A DNA stretch of 63,957 nucleotides, the filler included, from Octopus bimaculoides (Eukaryota): assembly GCF_001194135.2 (NCBI RefSeq). It is 7 parts of 5 records of this genome, joined end to end, with 100 filler letters (N's around TTAATTAATTAA, not from the genome) between each part and the next. Parts side by side here need not be neighbours in the genome. Positions count along the whole stretch, not along the records: positions 60,827 to 63,957 come from NC_068981.1; 6 more parts are not named here. One strand, written 5' to 3'. Position 1 is the first letter of the stretch, and every line of letters begins with the position of its first letter. The position numbers were made by a program, and so were the translations under genes. This document shows, piece by piece, positions 63,801-63,957 of this stretch. The notes beneath the pieces were generated by a model. It was not told the DNA's origin and searched no databases. It saw only the letters and a program-made list of their open reading frames with translations.

Positions 63801-63957
63801 CGGCGAATAAAAAAGACAAAGAACAATTCAATCAAATTATTCAAAGAGAAAAATTAAATTTACTCCTAATTTGAGTTGTTAGTTGTAAGAGACTGCACGA
63901 AGTCATCACTTTATTTTCATTATAGAAAGTAATAAAGACCATACCTATACTCATTAT

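Overview
Microsatellite-dense, AT-rich, gapped eukaryotic DNA. The repeat families resemble a coleoid cephalopod (octopus-like) genome; this is inference, not verified. Six 100-bp gaps of the form N44-TTAATTAATTAA-N44 are artificial joins, so the window is seven pieces whose adjacency is not guaranteed. Most of the sequence is degenerate transposon: tRNA-headed SINEs, RTE, Dong/R4, Tx1 and CRE LINEs, Penelope-like elements (PLEs), a CsRn1-type Gypsy, a Helitron, a hAT transposase, Tc1/mariner remnants and a MITE. No intact long ORF is present. Host-gene signal missed by the ORF track: (i) a compact minus-strand spliced gene at about 57.2-58.1 kb encoding a signal-peptide-like leader plus one atypical, Lys-rich LDL-receptor class A module; (ii) a probable first coding exon (MSSESPRPKRARYSRR) at 36.5 kb; (iii) a TATA/E-box promoter at 18.9 kb. 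Best non-coding finds: an intact minimal hammerhead ribozyme fold next to a PLE bounded by ~530-bp inverted copies of its own 5' end, a Helitron with a 3' terminus at both ends, and a 378-bp promoter-motif-rich insert with 10-bp direct repeats.
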